Shown here: positions 8,130 through 16,736 of the stretch, piece by piece
Position numbering within the stretch: position 1 is the first letter of the stretch
Layout: every line of letters begins with the position of its first letter
Assembly (NCBI GenBank): GCA_030668825.1
Contig: DAOVET010000028.1
Span: 1 to 31,029 of the forward strand
Direction of reading: 5' to 3'
Source: Candidatus Heimdallarchaeota archaeon
GTDB lineage: Archaea > Asgardarchaeota > Heimdallarchaeia > Heimdallarchaeales > Heimdallarchaeaceae
Length of the DNA: 31,029 bases
Made by a program: the position numbers and the translations under genes
The notes under the pieces: generated by a model
The model's input: the letters and a program-made list of their open reading frames with translations, nothing else
Database searches by the model: none
What the model was told of the DNA's origin: nothing

Positions 8130-10019
8130 ATGAGTTCTTACAGCTATAAGGAAGCTTTGGAGAAAATTACACAATTAGAGGAGACTCCCAATATCTCAGA
8201 GAGCAATTTTGCAGAACTTATGTTTCGAAAATCATTCGTACTTACCCATTTGGGTTTTTTTGATGATAGTATTTCCCACGCTCAGCACACACTAAATCTA
8301 TTTGGAGGAAAGCTGATCTCCTTCACTCAGAAATATGACCTCTACTTTGTAATTATTGAATCTCTCTGGAGGCTAGGTAAATTTGAAGAAAGTCTTCTAA
8401 TGATTGAAAGGGTGGAGAACTACGCAAAAAACGCTATTATCGGCGAAGAAACAACTGTTATGATGGAAATTGAAACACAAATTCAGTTTCATAAAAGTTG
8501 TATTTATTGTTTTACTGATTTGAAGAGATCAGTTGAGCATGTCAACAAAAGCTTAAATCTTTCTGAAGAGGTTAAGAATGAAGTTCTTTATGCACGAAGC
8601 CTCTTTCGTAAGGGAAAAATACTTACCTATCAGGGGAAATTGGATGAATCTCATGAGATTCTCGACAAGAGTTTAGAAATTGGCAAAAAGCTGAATGACC
8701 ACAGTATAATGGCAAATTCATTAGTTGCAATAGGAGAAATTCACAGATTAAAAGGTGATTTTGGTCAAGCTTTGCAGTTCTTTGATACTGCTTTGATTCT
8801 ACTTCAAAAAATTGGTAACAATTATGGTATGTCTATTACTTACAATAATGTGGGAATAGTTTATTACAGCCAAGGAGATTTCGATAATTCTTTTGAGTAT
8901 TTCACAAAAAGTCTTGAAAAAGCTCTTGAAATAGATTTTAAATTTACTGTTGTAGAATCGCTCTATTATTTGATTAACATACTTTTACTCAGAGATAATT
9001 ACTTCGAAGCAAAAGAGCATCTTGACATATCTAGAAACGCATCAAAAGATCAACAAGACACCATGATATTTTACTACTCTCAATTATCTGAAGCTGTGTA
9101 TCATAGAAAAACAAATAGATTTACTAGTTTAGGTAAAGCTCAAGAAATACTGGAATATATCATAAGCAAGAATCTTGTCTATCAAGAAATCAATATCCAT
9201 GCGATGTTGAATCTTTGTGAAATTTTACTCTATGAGTTAAGGTTTACCAACAATCCTGAAATTCTGGAGGATCTAGAAGAAATATCAGATAAATTGCTTG
9301 AAATAGCAAAAGAACAGATTTCAAGATCTCTTCTAGCTGAAGTGTATTGGCTAAAAGGGAGGCTTGCATTGGTAAATGCAGATATTGACAAAGCAACAGG
9401 ATTTTTGTCTCAAGCACAAATTATAGCTGAAGGTCAGAACTTAGAGAATTTGGCAAGAAAGATTTCAAGTGATCATGACGCTATATTAACCGAATATGCT
9501 GGCTGGAAAAATATCATCGAAGAAAATGCAAGCCTTGCAGACAGAATAAAGGCTTCACAAGTTGATAAGTTAGTTCTAAATATGATAAATAGAGCAACAT
9601 TTGATTTAGAAGAGATAGAAAATGACGCTCCTGTCATGTTGATGATTCTTGATGATAATGGTATACCCTTTTTCTCTTATCAATTCGGTGATGAAGATCA
9701 AGTCAATCAGATTCTTTTCTCAGGATTTTTGACTGCAATAAACAATATCATTCAAGAAGTATTTTCAACAAAAGGCTCACTAAAAAGAATAGAGCATCAA
9801 AATTATCTACTTATTTTCAGACAAATAGAAAATGTTATCATTTGTTATGCTTTCAAAGGATCTTCCTATTCAGCAAGTAAGAAAATAGAATTATTTAGAA
9901 GTAGGTTAACGTCATCTCCTATTTGGTCGGACTTCCCAAAAATGATCAAAACAGGAAGATATATGCAACAAGAAAAGGTTAAAAGGCTTGAAAACTGGGC
10001 TGACGAAATATTCACTTAA
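8130..10019 (+). CDS. TPR-repeat protein with C-terminal longin/roadblock-like domain
   Basis: ~40-aa TPRs (ARSLFRKGKILTYQGKLDES, ANSLVAIGEIHRLKGDFGQA, SITYNNVGIVYYSQGDFDNS); C-terminus LMILDDNGIPFFSYQF...QILFSGFLTAINNIIQEVF...IEHQNYLLIF has the beta-beta-alpha-beta-beta-beta-alpha pattern. Confidence 0.8.
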   Translation: MSSYSYKEALEKITQLEETPNISESNFAELMFRKSFVLTHLGFFDDSISHAQHTLNLFGGKLISFTQKYDLYFVIIESLWRLGKFEESLLMIERVENYAKNAIIGEETTVMMEIETQIQFHKSCIYCFTDLKRSVEHVNKSLNLSEEVKNEVLYARSLFRKGKILTYQGKLDESHEILDKSLEIGKKLNDHSIMANSLVAIGEIHRLKGDFGQALQFFDTALILLQKIGNNYGMSITYNNVGIVYYSQGDFDNSFEYFTKSLEKALEIDFKFTVVESLYYLINILLLRDNYFEAKEHLDISRNASKDQQDTMIFYYSQLSEAVYHRKTNRFTSLGKAQEILEYIISKNLVYQEINIHAMLNLCEILLYELRFTNNPEILEDLEEISDKLLEIAKEQISRSLLAEVYWLKGRLALVNADIDKATGFLSQAQIIAEGQNLENLARKISSDHDAILTEYAGWKNIIEENASLADRIKASQVDKLVLNMINRATFDLEEIENDAPVMLMILDDNGIPFFSYQFGDEDQVNQILFSGFLTAINNIIQEVFSTKGSLKRIEHQNYLLIFRQIENVIICYAFKGSSYSASKKIELFRSRLTSSPIWSDFPKMIKTGRYMQQEKVKRLENWADEIFT

Positions 10020-10143
10020 ATTCAAGGAAAAAACCAGCCAATTCTTTTTCTTATACGTAAATAGTTATCTATTTTTGGTTATATTGTGAAGTGTAGTTTC
10101 TCCTGTGAAGGATTGAAGATAGATGTGGGATCAGATCCACTGA

Positions 10144-10236
10144 TTAATCTGTTAATATTTCAGTTAAATCTGTAGTAACTTCAGTTTCATCAGATCCAAA
10201 AGATTATGTTATCAATGGTAATTGAAAAGGAATAAA
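10144..10236 (-). pseudogene. Decayed duplicate of the 3' end of the 12320..14119 gene
   Basis: 10148-10191 matches 12324-12367 at 39/44 nt. The minus frame reads *FIPFQLPLIT*SFGSDETEVTTDLTEILTD* versus YIPFNL...DETESTADLTETSTE*, with the terminal stop at the same position. Confidence 0.75.
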
Positions 10237-10433
10237 TTACCGCTTAGAACATAGACTCATAAAAGCAAATCACATCTTACAAAATACTACTGAAGAGTAA
10301 TGATAGTATTATCAATTTCATTGACATCTACAGAATCTGGATATGGATAATAAGAACAATTTAATTCTTCTTTCTTTCTCTTTAATAAGTCTTCTTATTC
10401 TCTTTCTCACGTCTTATCAAGGTTTGATATTTT

Positions 10434-10916
10434 TTAACTCCTCAGTAGTTTGCGGTTCTTCCTATTGAAAAACAACAATAAATTATATGGAATAATCATA
10501 GCCAATGATTGAATTAATAAGTATAGATGCAGATGAATGTAGACTGTACAACCCGATCCTACACCTTGATAAATCATGAAGACAAGGATATTAGCAGATG
10601 AATTTATTAAACGTGAAATAGCAACTGGATCTCTGATTCTGATAGTTTTTCTAGAAATAGTAAAATAAATATTCACAGGAATAAAAGAAAAAACGCTTAA
10701 AATAATAGAATAAGGTTTAACATAAGAAGCTGATGGAATTATCCAACAAGCAATACTACCTGGATGATCCCTGAAAACAAAAACATAGAAAACTATTATT
10801 GCAATAAAGAGAAGAATTTCCATTCCTATAAAGAGAATTTTTGTTGTTTTATCACATACTTTGCAATTATCCATAAGATTTATCTTAGATTTTTTATTTA
10901 AAAGTTGTTTCTTCAT
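10434..10916 (-). CDS. Uncharacterised 4-TM membrane protein (one copy of the E-x18-P / C / RxxN / C domain)
   Basis: Four hydrophobic segments; EILL...HPGSIAC, RLIN, GSGC, IIP; N-terminal CKVC; paralogous to the two upstream genes. Confidence 0.75.
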   Translation of the reverse strand: MKKQLLNKKSKINLMDNCKVCDKTTKILFIGMEILLFIAIIVFYVFVFRDHPGSIACWIIPSASYVKPYSIILSVFSFIPVNIYFTISRKTIRIRDPVAISRLINSSANILVFMIYQGVGSGCTVYIHLHLYLLIQSLAMIIPYNLLLFFNRKNRKLLRS

Positions 10917-10952
10917 TTGAAGATTTTCCAGAAAATATAAAAATTCTTTATC

Positions 10953-11873
10953 TTATTTCCTTAATGAATTTCTCATGAAGTATATTGTTAAGATAATTAA
11001 GCATTTAAAAAGAAATAGCAGCAAAGGAATTGTTAAAACCCAATTGAATGATTTAATCAATATCCATGCTTCTTGACTGATTTTAATACAATTTCCTGTT
11101 TGATAGGATATAAAATATTTTATTCCAAGCAATACAGTTACAATATTAATAGATCTTAACAATATCAAAGGAGATAAATCAAATATTCTTAGATCTTTAG
11201 AAAATAATGGTTTTATAAAGCTAATAATTGAAATTAGTAAAACTAAGATAAAGAAGAAAACTGTTAATAATCTAACTCCGTAAAACTGTTCAAAACTGCA
11301 TCCATATACTGAAAAAGGATAGCTAAATGGGAGAGTATACGAATACAAAATTACACATATAACTAATAGAATTTCAAATACTATTAGTTTAAAAGATGTT
11401 AAAAACTTAGATAAAATTTTCTTTAAGTTTTGAGGTTTGAATATTTTTAATTCTAATTTATGTTGTTTAAATCTTATAAATATTAAATATATGAAGGGAA
11501 ATATCAAACAACATGGTAGAGAGATAAAGGAATATATTGAAACCCAAATACGATATGAAATACAAAATTTATCAAACCAATTGATTAAATAAAAAAGGCT
11601 TAGCAGACTTAAAACTAGATTAACAACTCGTTGGTTTAGAAAAACATTATTTTTTCTCCCATTGATTCTATCATAATAAAACAGAATAAAACTGAAAATG
11701 GAGATAATATTAAGATAAATAATAAAAATAATATCAAATGGAGAAATTCCTATAGGTACCCAGAAAATGCACCCTCCAGGTGGTTTTCGCAATATGAATT
11801 TTAAAAGAAAACCAAAGATTGAAACAGTTAAAAGCAATTCTAATAAATTATTTCTCCCTAGTATTCTCTTCAT
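10953..11873 (-). CDS. Uncharacterised 8-TM membrane protein (two tandem copies of the same 4-TM domain)
   Basis: ELLL...KPPGGC / RVVN / DKFC, then EILL...YPFSVYGC / RSIN / TGNC; 4-nt ATGA overlap with the upstream gene. Confidence 0.8.
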   Translation of the reverse strand: MKRILGRNNLLELLLTVSIFGFLLKFILRKPPGGCIFWVPIGISPFDIIFIIYLNIISIFSFILFYYDRINGRKNNVFLNQRVVNLVLSLLSLFYLINWFDKFCISYRIWVSIYSFISLPCCLIFPFIYLIFIRFKQHKLELKIFKPQNLKKILSKFLTSFKLIVFEILLVICVILYSYTLPFSYPFSVYGCSFEQFYGVRLLTVFFFILVLLISIISFIKPLFSKDLRIFDLSPLILLRSINIVTVLLGIKYFISYQTGNCIKISQEAWILIKSFNWVLTIPLLLFLFKCLIILTIYFMRNSLRK

Positions 11874-12304
11874 CCAGAAATCAACTTACTTATCTTTTGA
11901 AAAACGAAACGAAATACAAAAAGAAATGGTATACATATTACAATTACTAATGAAATCAGAAATTGATCTAGTCCTACATAAACGATACATCCTTTTCCAT
12001 ACCATACCAAATAAATAGTAACTGCAATAATACTGGTTAGGATATTTACAAATCTATAAAGAAAGTATCTGAAATCAATCAAATCTGTAAATTTTCTATT
12101 GAATATATAAATTAGATAACTTGAAGTTGAAAAAAGTTCTACTAATATAACTATTGATAAAAAACCAGGAATTTGTATGACTGGACATATTGCTGCTCCA
12201 GGATATAAAATATAAACCAAAATAAAAAGAATCACTAGAAATACGAACAAGATTCCCTCCAAGATAGTAAATACCTCTAGAGCGAATAGGATCTTTATGA
12301 TCAA
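11870..12304 (-). CDS. Uncharacterised 4-TM membrane protein (one copy of the same domain)
   Basis: EGIL...YPGAAIC, RFVN, GKGC, CIP; TTG start 15 nt after the stop of the upstream gene. Confidence 0.72.
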   Translation of the reverse strand: MIIKILFALEVFTILEGILFVFLVILFILVYILYPGAAICPVIQIPGFLSIVILVELFSTSSYLIYIFNRKFTDLIDFRYFLYRFVNILTSIIAVTIYLVWYGKGCIVYVGLDQFLISLVIVICIPFLFVFRFVFQKISKLISG

Positions 12305-12319
12305 TAGATCTTCTTCCCA

Positions 12320-14119
12320 CTATTCTGTTGATGTTTCAGTTAAATCTGCAGTAGATTCAGTTTCATCTGTTTTTTGAACAGCTTGTTCCATAACCTCGAT
12401 ATCCGCATCCGCAACATAATCACTTTGTAAATTGAAAGGAATGTAGATTATATCGCCGACAGAGTTCACTTCAGCTAATTTTCCAAATTCTGGAATGAAA
12501 ATTGAATAAGGGTCAAAATATTCAGGTGATAATAATCTTCTCATATCATATGAAGCTTCTTCATTGTTAAGAGCTAAATAGATATTTGTAAGATATATTT
12601 CTATCTCAGAATTTAGTTTTGGTGTAAGCGATAAATAATAACTTTCATGAAGTTCTTTCATTCTCCTTGTAAATTCCTCGTTAGTTATTTCTTTCCTAAT
12701 TGCTAAAATTAGATTACCTGCTAAGGAAAATGCAATAGAATTCCGTGGTTCATAGATGGAGCCTTCAGAGAGACTTAGAAGCTTATGTGCATACTCTTCA
12801 AGTTTTGAAAATTCTTCTTTCCGGGAAGCCAGTGTTGTCAATAAAGTAACATATAGCCCATTAAGTTTAGGATACCTCTTCATTCCTTCTTTAGAAAAGA
12901 AGTAAGCATATTCTCGTTCCAATCTATCTATATTAGAGAAATCATCTGTATAAACGGTAATAAGCCCACCAAAATAGATTATCTCTTCAAGCATTCCAGC
13001 TATTCCATCAGCCATCTGACTTTTTATGAACTCCTCATTTTCCATTAGATGCTTGTATTTATCCAAATATTTCCATAACTCAGGCATAACATCCTTTTCA
13101 ATTTTATGAATCTCTGTTATGTTTTCTTTAGTTATTATATTATATGCAGATCTTAAACCTTTAATGAAAACTTTTGTAACTTCAAGCTCGTAAATTGTTT
13201 CACTCACGTCATGATCTGTTAAAGGATTTTCATTTAAATCGAAGAATCCATTATCGATATGGTTTTTTAAATCAGCGATATACCAATCGCTTTTATTAAG
13301 AAGATTTTCCAATGAATCAAATAATTTTTCAGGATCAGAAAAGTCCAGAATCTCTCTATTTGTTTCTATCTTTATGTCCTTATTAAACAAATACCGTTGA
13401 AGTTCAAGTAGAAAGGTAATAATGTAATCAATTGCTGCAAAGGTTGCATAGTACATAGAATAATTCCGTTCTTTTGGGATTTTTTTTGCTAGTTCGATAT
13501 TTTTTCGAACGTTCCAGAAGACATCCATGTAGTGGATATATTGAGTGCTTGCTTTTAGCCCCTCAGTCATCCAATGTTCTAGATCATGCTTGTATATCTG
13601 AGTTAAGGAATCGCATAAACTGAAGAAGAAAAGATATGCTGAACTCAGGTAATTCAACACAAGTTTTCTTCTTCTGTGAAATTCATGATGGTCCCAGTCA
13701 ACAACTAGATTCTTAACATCTAATGTTGTAATTCCAATTAACATGTTTGCTAGAGCATGTGCTGAACCTGCAATCTGTAACTCCCCAGCATGACCGTATT
13801 GTAACGCATACATTGAAGCATATCTTAATCTGAATAATTCTAATTCGTACCATTGTATTGGTAATTTATCTTGAGGAAGATTGGTTAAGATTAAAGTGAT
13901 TTTTTCTAAAAATTTCTCAAAGAATAATGAAGCTTCATCAGAATTCATGAGAATATCATCAGGAATCTCACCAAGAATGTGTTTTAATTCATCAACTCGC
14001 TGTGAAACAAGAATTTTTACTCTAGTCTCTGAATAAGTGCTCCAATTTACATTATTGACAATACTACCAATATTATCCATTAATTCGAGTACTTCTTTGG
14101 TATATTCTTTTTCAGGCAT
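12320..14119 (-). CDS. Hypothetical soluble, apparently all-alpha protein (~599 aa) with an acidic Thr-rich tail
   Basis: Long ORF. ATG at 14119 preceded by gtgag is preferred over the GTG at 14143. No recognisable motif. Confidence 0.8.
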   Translation of the reverse strand: MPEKEYTKEVLELMDNIGSIVNNVNWSTYSETRVKILVSQRVDELKHILGEIPDDILMNSDEASLFFEKFLEKITLILTNLPQDKLPIQWYELELFRLRYASMYALQYGHAGELQIAGSAHALANMLIGITTLDVKNLVVDWDHHEFHRRRKLVLNYLSSAYLFFFSLCDSLTQIYKHDLEHWMTEGLKASTQYIHYMDVFWNVRKNIELAKKIPKERNYSMYYATFAAIDYIITFLLELQRYLFNKDIKIETNREILDFSDPEKLFDSLENLLNKSDWYIADLKNHIDNGFFDLNENPLTDHDVSETIYELEVTKVFIKGLRSAYNIITKENITEIHKIEKDVMPELWKYLDKYKHLMENEEFIKSQMADGIAGMLEEIIYFGGLITVYTDDFSNIDRLEREYAYFFSKEGMKRYPKLNGLYVTLLTTLASRKEEFSKLEEYAHKLLSLSEGSIYEPRNSIAFSLAGNLILAIRKEITNEEFTRRMKELHESYYLSLTPKLNSEIEIYLTNIYLALNNEEASYDMRRLLSPEYFDPYSIFIPEFGKLAEVNSVGDIIYIPFNLQSDYVADADIEVMEQAVQKTDETESTADLTETSTE

Positions 14120-14147
14120 TTGCTCACAACAGCTGTTTGGCACTTAA

Positions 14148-14168
14148 TTTCTAGCGGTTTGCTAGAAA
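14148..14168. promoter_or_regulatory. Perfect inverted repeat TTTCTAGC-N5-GCTAGAAA (operator or hairpin)
   Basis: 8-bp arms between a minus-strand TTTAATA box (14173-14179) and the ATG at 14119. Confidence 0.5.
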
Positions 14169-14244
14169 CTCTATTAAATATAGAATTTGCACTGGTTTTT
14201 AAAATTACTCTTGAGGTAACCTAAAAAATGTTGAAAGAACTCAT

Positions 14245-15081
14245 TTATCTCTCGATGAAATAGAAGTGGCAAGATTTGTTTACAATCTTCCAACTATCTT
14301 CAATTTTAAGCAAAGTTAAGAAATCTGTTGTGTGTCCTGTTCCCTTTGGAGTAGTAGCCTTCCAATACATAACTGCTATTGCTGCTGTTCCTCTCTGATC
14401 AATTTGCTTGATCTCTGTTTCAAAGGTGATACCTTCAGTTTTATGATTTTCTAAGACCTCTCCCCATACTGCATATGGTAGGAACTGATTCTTAAATTGA
14501 TGAGTTTCTTGATCAACTGAATTCAATCTCATAGAGGGATGAAACGTTTGTTTGATTTTTTCCATATCCCAGTCATGAAATGCTTGAGCATAGATTTCCA
14601 GATTCTCTGTAATCTTCTCTATTTCATCAGAATCGTTGGAGGGTAAAGAAATATCCCCGTTGATTCTTCTAACTAATTCCTCTTGTTTAAGGGGAATTGT
14701 GTGTCCAGATTTGTTGACAATCTTCCATTGAGAATCAAACTTCATTAATGTGAGATAATCAGTTGTATCTCTGTAATCTTGAGGGTCTTCTATAAGAAAA
14801 CGAACTCTTGCAAAAGCTACAGTTCCGTATTGAGTTATTCTTTCAATATTAACATAATAATTGACTTCAGGTTCTTCTACTTGGTTTTTGATAAAATCTT
14901 CAATCCATCTATAACAAAGACCATTATAGAATCTGTTACTCTCAGGTATAAACCAATATACCATTGAATCGGAATGAAATGCTCTAACCAATTTACTTAT
15001 ATCCCATTCATTAAAAGCCTCTTCATATAACTGAATAGTTTTTTCTATACTTTCAATTTCATGGGTTTCGCCTTTAAACAT
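14245..15081 (-). CDS. Tandem NTF2-like (SnoaL/Lumazine_bd_2-type) domain protein
   Basis: Two copies of Y..AF..WD......FH.....TTD(Y/F)LTL.K....WKIVNK. Start is set at ATG 15081 because of a strong AGGAGGT SD at 15087-15093, which also removes the overlap with the upstream gene. Confidence 0.85.
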   Translation of the reverse strand: MFKGETHEIESIEKTIQLYEEAFNEWDISKLVRAFHSDSMVYWFIPESNRFYNGLCYRWIEDFIKNQVEEPEVNYYVNIERITQYGTVAFARVRFLIEDPQDYRDTTDYLTLMKFDSQWKIVNKSGHTIPLKQEELVRRINGDISLPSNDSDEIEKITENLEIYAQAFHDWDMEKIKQTFHPSMRLNSVDQETHQFKNQFLPYAVWGEVLENHKTEGITFETEIKQIDQRGTAAIAVMYWKATTPKGTGHTTDFLTLLKIEDSWKIVNKSCHFYFIER

Positions 15082-15100
15082 ATAATACCTCCTTTTCATA

Positions 15101-15484
15101 TTACGCACTTTTAACATCAGAAATCTTTGAAACAATTTTCCAATCTTTCTTAATCTTAATTAGAGAAACATAATCAACACAAATTCTCTTCTTCTCTTCT
15201 CTTTCCACTGACCATTTTAGTTTCACACAAGCTGCTTGACCAAATATATCCAAACTCTCAATTTCAGCTGTTTGTTTTATAGCTATTGAAGGTTTAGACG
15301 AAGGTCTAGATTGCAGCATAGTAATTGTTTTTAGAGAATCAGAATCTGAATCATAGTAGATTTTCACTCCTCGGGTATGCCAAGAGTTTTCTGCTTTCTC
15401 AAAATTAAATTCTGCAACACCTTCCACGTAACTTTGGATGGTTAGCTTTATCCTCTCTGCTTCTTCTCTTTCATTAACTTCCAT
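15101..15484 (-). CDS. Single NTF2-like (Lumazine_bd_2-type) protein
   Basis: IKLTIQSYVEG...WH...DYVSLIKIKKDWKIVSK; paralogous to the domains of the downstream gene. Confidence 0.85.
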   Translation of the reverse strand: MEVNEREEAERIKLTIQSYVEGVAEFNFEKAENSWHTRGVKIYYDSDSDSLKTITMLQSRPSSKPSIAIKQTAEIESLDIFGQAACVKLKWSVEREEKKRICVDYVSLIKIKKDWKIVSKISDVKSA

Positions 15485-15682
15485 TCACATCGCTTACAAA
15501 GTTTTGATATCTCATCTGTTGTAACGACAACATGGTAAACATTTTGGAAAACAAAGTATTCTCTACGGGTGTGCAACAACATGCACTTATATAGGTTACT
15601 AACATATATTCAAGGTGCCTTTTCACAAAATTGTTGAAAGATTAGGCTCAAAGGGGCAATCTCAATTTTAGCTTACCATAAA

Positions 15683-15698
15683 TTTATAAATTTATAAA
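15683..15698 (+). promoter_or_regulatory. Tandem TATA boxes (TTTATAAA x2) upstream of the beta-helix gene
   Basis: tttataaatttataaa ends 19 nt before the ATG at 15718, consistent with a leaderless or short-leader transcript. Confidence 0.55.
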
Positions 15699-15717
15699 AG
15701 AACATTTTACGATTCAT

Positions 15718-16653
15718 ATGAGAAATGAGAAAAAAAGACCATTACTTACAATAATTGTATTTTTGCTGACATTTAGTTTAATTTCATCAGTACTTCTGGG
15801 TACTCAAGCTGCAAATGTTAACACTTTTCAAACACAATTAGAATCCACTTTAACACCGCATGAACCGATTTTAATTTATAATAACGCTAATTTCAGTGAT
15901 TATTCATTACCTGGTTCAGGGACTGAACTTGATCCATATAGAATAGAGAATTATAATATTACTACTATTAATACTGCTGGGATAATCGTTCGGAATACAA
16001 CAGACTATTTTGTTATTCAAAACTGTTATGTTGATGCATGGTTTACAGCTATAGGTATAACTATAGTTGACCCTGGAACCGGTGAAATTTCAGGCGTTAC
16101 ATGTAAGAAAAACAAATTATATGGCATTGTAATAGGAGAAACATCTCAAATCACTGTCAAAAATTGTGTTGTTGAAGACAATATTGATGTTTTTGGTATA
16201 GGGATATATTTAATTGACTCTTTTGAAATCACTTTAACCAACAATACCTGTATAAATAATAATTATGGTTTATATTTGGAAAATACCAACTCATGCGATA
16301 TAAGCTATAACACTTTTGCAGATAATTTAGAGTATGGAGTCTATTTGCTCTCTGATACTAATGATAATATTGTACATCACAATAAATTTATCAATAATTG
16401 TGGTGGCGCGGTGATGCAAGCAAGGGATGATGGGGTGAATAACTTGTTTTATGAAGCATCTTCTGAACAGGGCAACTACTGGGATAATTGGAGTTCTAAA
16501 GATTCTATTGTACCAATAGCAGGTTTAGCTGATAATGAAGATCCTTATCCTTTAGATGAAGAACTTATAAGATTGGCAAGTTTGTTCTTTTTACCTGTAT
16601 TAATAGCCTTAGTTATTGTCGTTTATAAGAAGCGAATTAAAAAGAAGAGTTAA
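15718..16653 (+). CDS. Membrane-anchored right-handed parallel beta-helix (NosD/CASH/pectin-lyase-like) surface protein
   Basis: Signal peptide; GSGTELDPYRIENYNI; PbH repeats (GIYL..S..ITLTNN.C.NN.YG); GNYWDNW and DPYPL; C-terminal TM and KKRIKKKS. Confidence 0.88.
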   Translation: MRNEKKRPLLTIIVFLLTFSLISSVLLGTQAANVNTFQTQLESTLTPHEPILIYNNANFSDYSLPGSGTELDPYRIENYNITTINTAGIIVRNTTDYFVIQNCYVDAWFTAIGITIVDPGTGEISGVTCKKNKLYGIVIGETSQITVKNCVVEDNIDVFGIGIYLIDSFEITLTNNTCINNNYGLYLENTNSCDISYNTFADNLEYGVYLLSDTNDNIVHHNKFINNCGGAVMQARDDGVNNLFYEASSEQGNYWDNWSSKDSIVPIAGLADNEDPYPLDEELIRLASLFFLPVLIALVIVVYKKRIKKKS

Positions 16654-16736
16654 ATCTCTTTTTTTTTATTTATTATTTTAACGTTGCTTAAAGTAGTGAT
16701 TCACAAAATTGTTAAGTGATTAAGGGATTTGTATTT

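Noticed and set aside
10148-12367. 44-nt near-identical pair as a diversity-generating retroelement TR/VR pair
   Set aside because: On the coding strand the five mismatches are not adenine-specific, the repeat is short, and there is no reverse transcriptase in the window.
15082-15135. N-terminal extension of the tandem NTF2 ORF overlapping the upstream gene
   Set aside because: A strong AGGAGGT SD before ATG 15081 and the domain boundary indicate the shorter start.
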